Shown here one piece after another: positions 61,444 to 64,000 of a stretch of 64,000 nt of DNA (positions are counted from its first letter, which is position 1; the number at the start of each line of letters is the position of its first letter). This DNA comes from Candidatus Delongbacteria bacterium (GTDB lineage: Bacteria > CAIWAD01). A model generated the notes under the pieces. The model worked only from the letters and a program-made list of their open reading frames with translations, ran no database searches and had not been told where the DNA came from. The translations under genes and the position numbers were made by a program. The stretch is from positions 3,424,001-3,488,000 of the forward strand of contig OY760505.1 in the NCBI GenBank assembly GCA_963663545.1, given 5' to 3'.

Positions 61444-63845
61444 CGTTTCGTTCGCTTCCTCTCCTGATGCTTGCAGTAATCCTGAACGCCAGCGCGGCCT
61501 TTGCCGAAGTCTCTTTCGAGGTCGCAGATGAGCTTTTCGACTGCACAGAATCCAGACCCTCGAGCACCGTATCGACAGACTTGAACGGCGATGGTCTTCA
61601 GGACCTGCTCATCCGCTATACCGACGGTTCGGTGGCCTATGTGGCACACGAGGGCACCGGAGCTCAACAACCGGTGTTTGTACTACGTGATACTCAGGAG
61701 TACGCGGGCCCGCTTCGTGTGCTTCATGATTACGCTAGCAATGATGAGGTCTATGTCGCTGAGCAGAGTACGGGCGGTGTTGCCTTGCGCTTCGGCAGCG
61801 AGTTTAGCGTAGTGATACAAAACTTCGCCACCGAGTACTTGCAAGAAACCGTTCATGCTATCGGCCACTACTTTGCCGACGATGCTTATTCGAACATTGT
61901 CACACGTGACGACGAACATGTGATACACGTCTGGTCCTACACGGGAGGCAGCTGGCAGAGCACCGAGTTGAGTGTCTGGTTTGACAACAACTACTACACA
62001 GGTCCCACACTCGGCGATCTGGATCAGGATGGCCTGGACGACCTGTTGCTGACCAACATAAGCCATGACCAAGTCCATCAAGACTTCTACATGGTGCCTG
62101 GTGGCAGCATTGAGCTGGATACCTTGCACTTGATCAGTATCCCTGCGGAAGCCTTTGAGGAGTACAATCTGAAACTGAGCGACCTGGATGGAGATGGCGA
62201 TCAGGATATTGTGTACTCATGCCATGCAGCCTTGGCCAGATCCGGAGAGCTGGGGTGGCTGGAGCAGACCGAAGAACAGACCTTTGTGTATCACGATTTA
62301 CTCGCGGATCGCTATGCGGATTTCGGCAAAGGCTTTCTGCTGGCAGATATCGATGGCAATGGCCTGCAGGATCTGGTGATGTGTGGGCGATACGGATTGG
62401 TGATTGTCAGCTATGCAACTCATTGCTTCCTGCAGACTGAGCCCGGAGTTTTCGGGCCAGTACAGACCTTGGATCGTCTTAGGCCAATGTCGATGGCCGA
62501 TATTGTGGAGCTGGACGATGATCCAACTACAGTGCAGATTCTCGGTTGTCAGCAAGCGGTGCATCTATTCACCATTGATGATGCGGGTCTGCATCCACAG
62601 CGGAGTATTGGCCGGAGCCTCGGCGGCATGCCCCGGCAGCTGATGGAGTTGGAATCCGCTGAGGGCAATCAGCTGTTGGCCATCACCGAGAGAGGTACCG
62701 GCTACTCCTTTTTTCCTGATGTTGTGCTTGATCGCCCCGTGCCCTTCTATCATTTGGTAAACGGTAGCGTGTATCCTGAACTGGAGTATGCCGATCTGGA
62801 CGGAGATGGCTATGTCGAACCTTGCATCGTTGGCAGCTCCGTCCGATACCTTGATCCTGTAGAAGGTGAGGTAGAGTACGGTGAGTACTACGCCTACACA
62901 CTTGCCGCTACCCTTTTGGATTTGAACAGCGATGGCGTGCAGGACCTGATTGCGATGAACGCCGACAACCAGCTGCGTTACTACCCTTCCTGCGGTCAAG
63001 AGGGCCATTACTTCCATTCCCTGAGCGGACTGAACGAGATCAGCCTTTCCTCGGACGATGCCACTGGCGACGGCCTAGAGGATCTGCTGGTGCGCAGTGA
63101 TAACAATCAGCTACTGGTCTTTCCCAGTCTGGGCAATGGCAGCTTCGGACCTGTGGAGAGTCTGGACGGTGTATCACACGAGAGCAAACTTCAGCTCGCC
63201 GATCTGAATCTGGACGGTCGCAGGGACCTGGTCTTCTTGCAAGAGGGAACGCTGTGCAGTCGTCCTCGGCTGGAGAGCGGCTGGGGCGAAGCGGTGCTGT
63301 ATTTCGAGGACCTGCAGATCAACGATTTCCTGGCAGGCGATTTCGGCGACGGCGACGAACCCGAACTACTGGTCATTGCACCTCATGGAGTGGCAGCACA
63401 GATCCGTGCCCTGAACCTGCGCACGGGTCAGATCTTCATCGGCTCAGCACCGGTGATGGGTGATCTGGCGGCCGCACATGTTGATAGTGATGAAGACCTT
63501 GATCTACTTGTGTATCACGACAGCGGCATCGACTGGCTGGAGAACACTACCACCCTGGGCATCGACGATGCGACTCAGCCCGTGACACATCATCTGCTGG
63601 CGTGCTACCCCAACCCCTTCAACCCGACCACCACCATTCCCTTCGTGATACAGCAAGCCGCTGAGCTGCGCCTTGCGGTCTACAACCTGCGTGGACAGGA
63701 AGTCGCTGTGCTAGCCATGGGCGAGTTCGCGGCGGGCGAGCACCGTGTCACTTTCGATGGCGCAGCATTGGCCAGCGGCGTGTACTTGATTCGCCTGAGT
63801 GGAGAAGGCGTGGAGGAGTCGAGGAAGGCTTTGTTGCTGAAGTGA
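61434..63845 (+). CDS. Tandem paralog: secreted FG-GAP-repeat protein with C-terminal sorting domain
   Basis: Same architecture as 58819-61239; last 104 aa differ at 10 positions. Confidence 0.9.
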   Translation: MHSTFRSLPLLMLAVILNASAAFAEVSFEVADELFDCTESRPSSTVSTDLNGDGLQDLLIRYTDGSVAYVAHEGTGAQQPVFVLRDTQEYAGPLRVLHDYASNDEVYVAEQSTGGVALRFGSEFSVVIQNFATEYLQETVHAIGHYFADDAYSNIVTRDDEHVIHVWSYTGGSWQSTELSVWFDNNYYTGPTLGDLDQDGLDDLLLTNISHDQVHQDFYMVPGGSIELDTLHLISIPAEAFEEYNLKLSDLDGDGDQDIVYSCHAALARSGELGWLEQTEEQTFVYHDLLADRYADFGKGFLLADIDGNGLQDLVMCGRYGLVIVSYATHCFLQTEPGVFGPVQTLDRLRPMSMADIVELDDDPTTVQILGCQQAVHLFTIDDAGLHPQRSIGRSLGGMPRQLMELESAEGNQLLAITERGTGYSFFPDVVLDRPVPFYHLVNGSVYPELEYADLDGDGYVEPCIVGSSVRYLDPVEGEVEYGEYYAYTLAATLLDLNSDGVQDLIAMNADNQLRYYPSCGQEGHYFHSLSGLNEISLSSDDATGDGLEDLLVRSDNNQLLVFPSLGNGSFGPVESLDGVSHESKLQLADLNLDGRRDLVFLQEGTLCSRPRLESGWGEAVLYFEDLQINDFLAGDFGDGDEPELLVIAPHGVAAQIRALNLRTGQIFIGSAPVMGDLAAAHVDSDEDLDLLVYHDSGIDWLENTTTLGIDDATQPVTHHLLACYPNPFNPTTTIPFVIQQAAELRLAVYNLRGQEVAVLAMGEFAAGEHRVTFDGAALASGVYLIRLSGEGVEESRKALLLK

Positions 63846-64000
63846 TGCGGAAGGCGCGAAGCCAGACAGCTTCACGGGCCAAGAACACCCGTTTGCGTTT
63901 TTGTGCACTAATAATTGTCTCCGCTGAATCGAGTTTGACGGACGGACGAAGCAGGCAGCTGAGGGCTGAGTATTCGTCTGTATGATTTATTTTCCTATCG

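Noticed and set aside
1571..63651. GTGATAC as a Chi/KOPS-type polar motif or as matS
   Set aside because: Both orientations are about equally common, and it is not the 13-bp GTGACRNYGTCAC palindrome

Overview
64 kb of a GC-rich bacterial chromosome. The mix of flagellar genes and secreted proteins ending in a 'YPNPFNP' sorting-type domain suggests an FCB-superphylum lineage (inference only). Contents: 3' part of groEL, two sensor kinases, a MATE exporter, tRNA-Arg(CCG), a sigma54-driven flgFGAHIJNKL operon, an MltC-like enzyme, methionine gamma-lyase, mutL-miaA-S8 protease-alr, metK-ahcY, an envelope/metabolic gene run, a STAND-BTAD regulator, an EF-G2-type factor, uvrC, a six-domain FGE/CLec-fold secreted protein and two tandem FG-GAP secreted paralogs. 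No IS, phage, CRISPR or reverse transcriptase was seen. Highlights: (1) a 7-8 bp motif GTGATAC(A)/GTGACAC is strongly over-represented on both strands and in all reading frames (about 85 GTGATAC copies by manual count vs about 6 expected); (2) at 28.86-31.56 kb, a sigma54 promoter, a ~210-nt multi-hairpin terminated RNA, a small secreted Trp/acid-rich peptide and a TPR-sigma54 activator form a candidate peptide-sensing sRNA circuit; (3) an intact adenylate-forming pseudoenzyme is coupled to EF-G2; (4) a REP-like palindromic element marks the borders of the large secreted-protein genes. All counts and alignments were done by eye.
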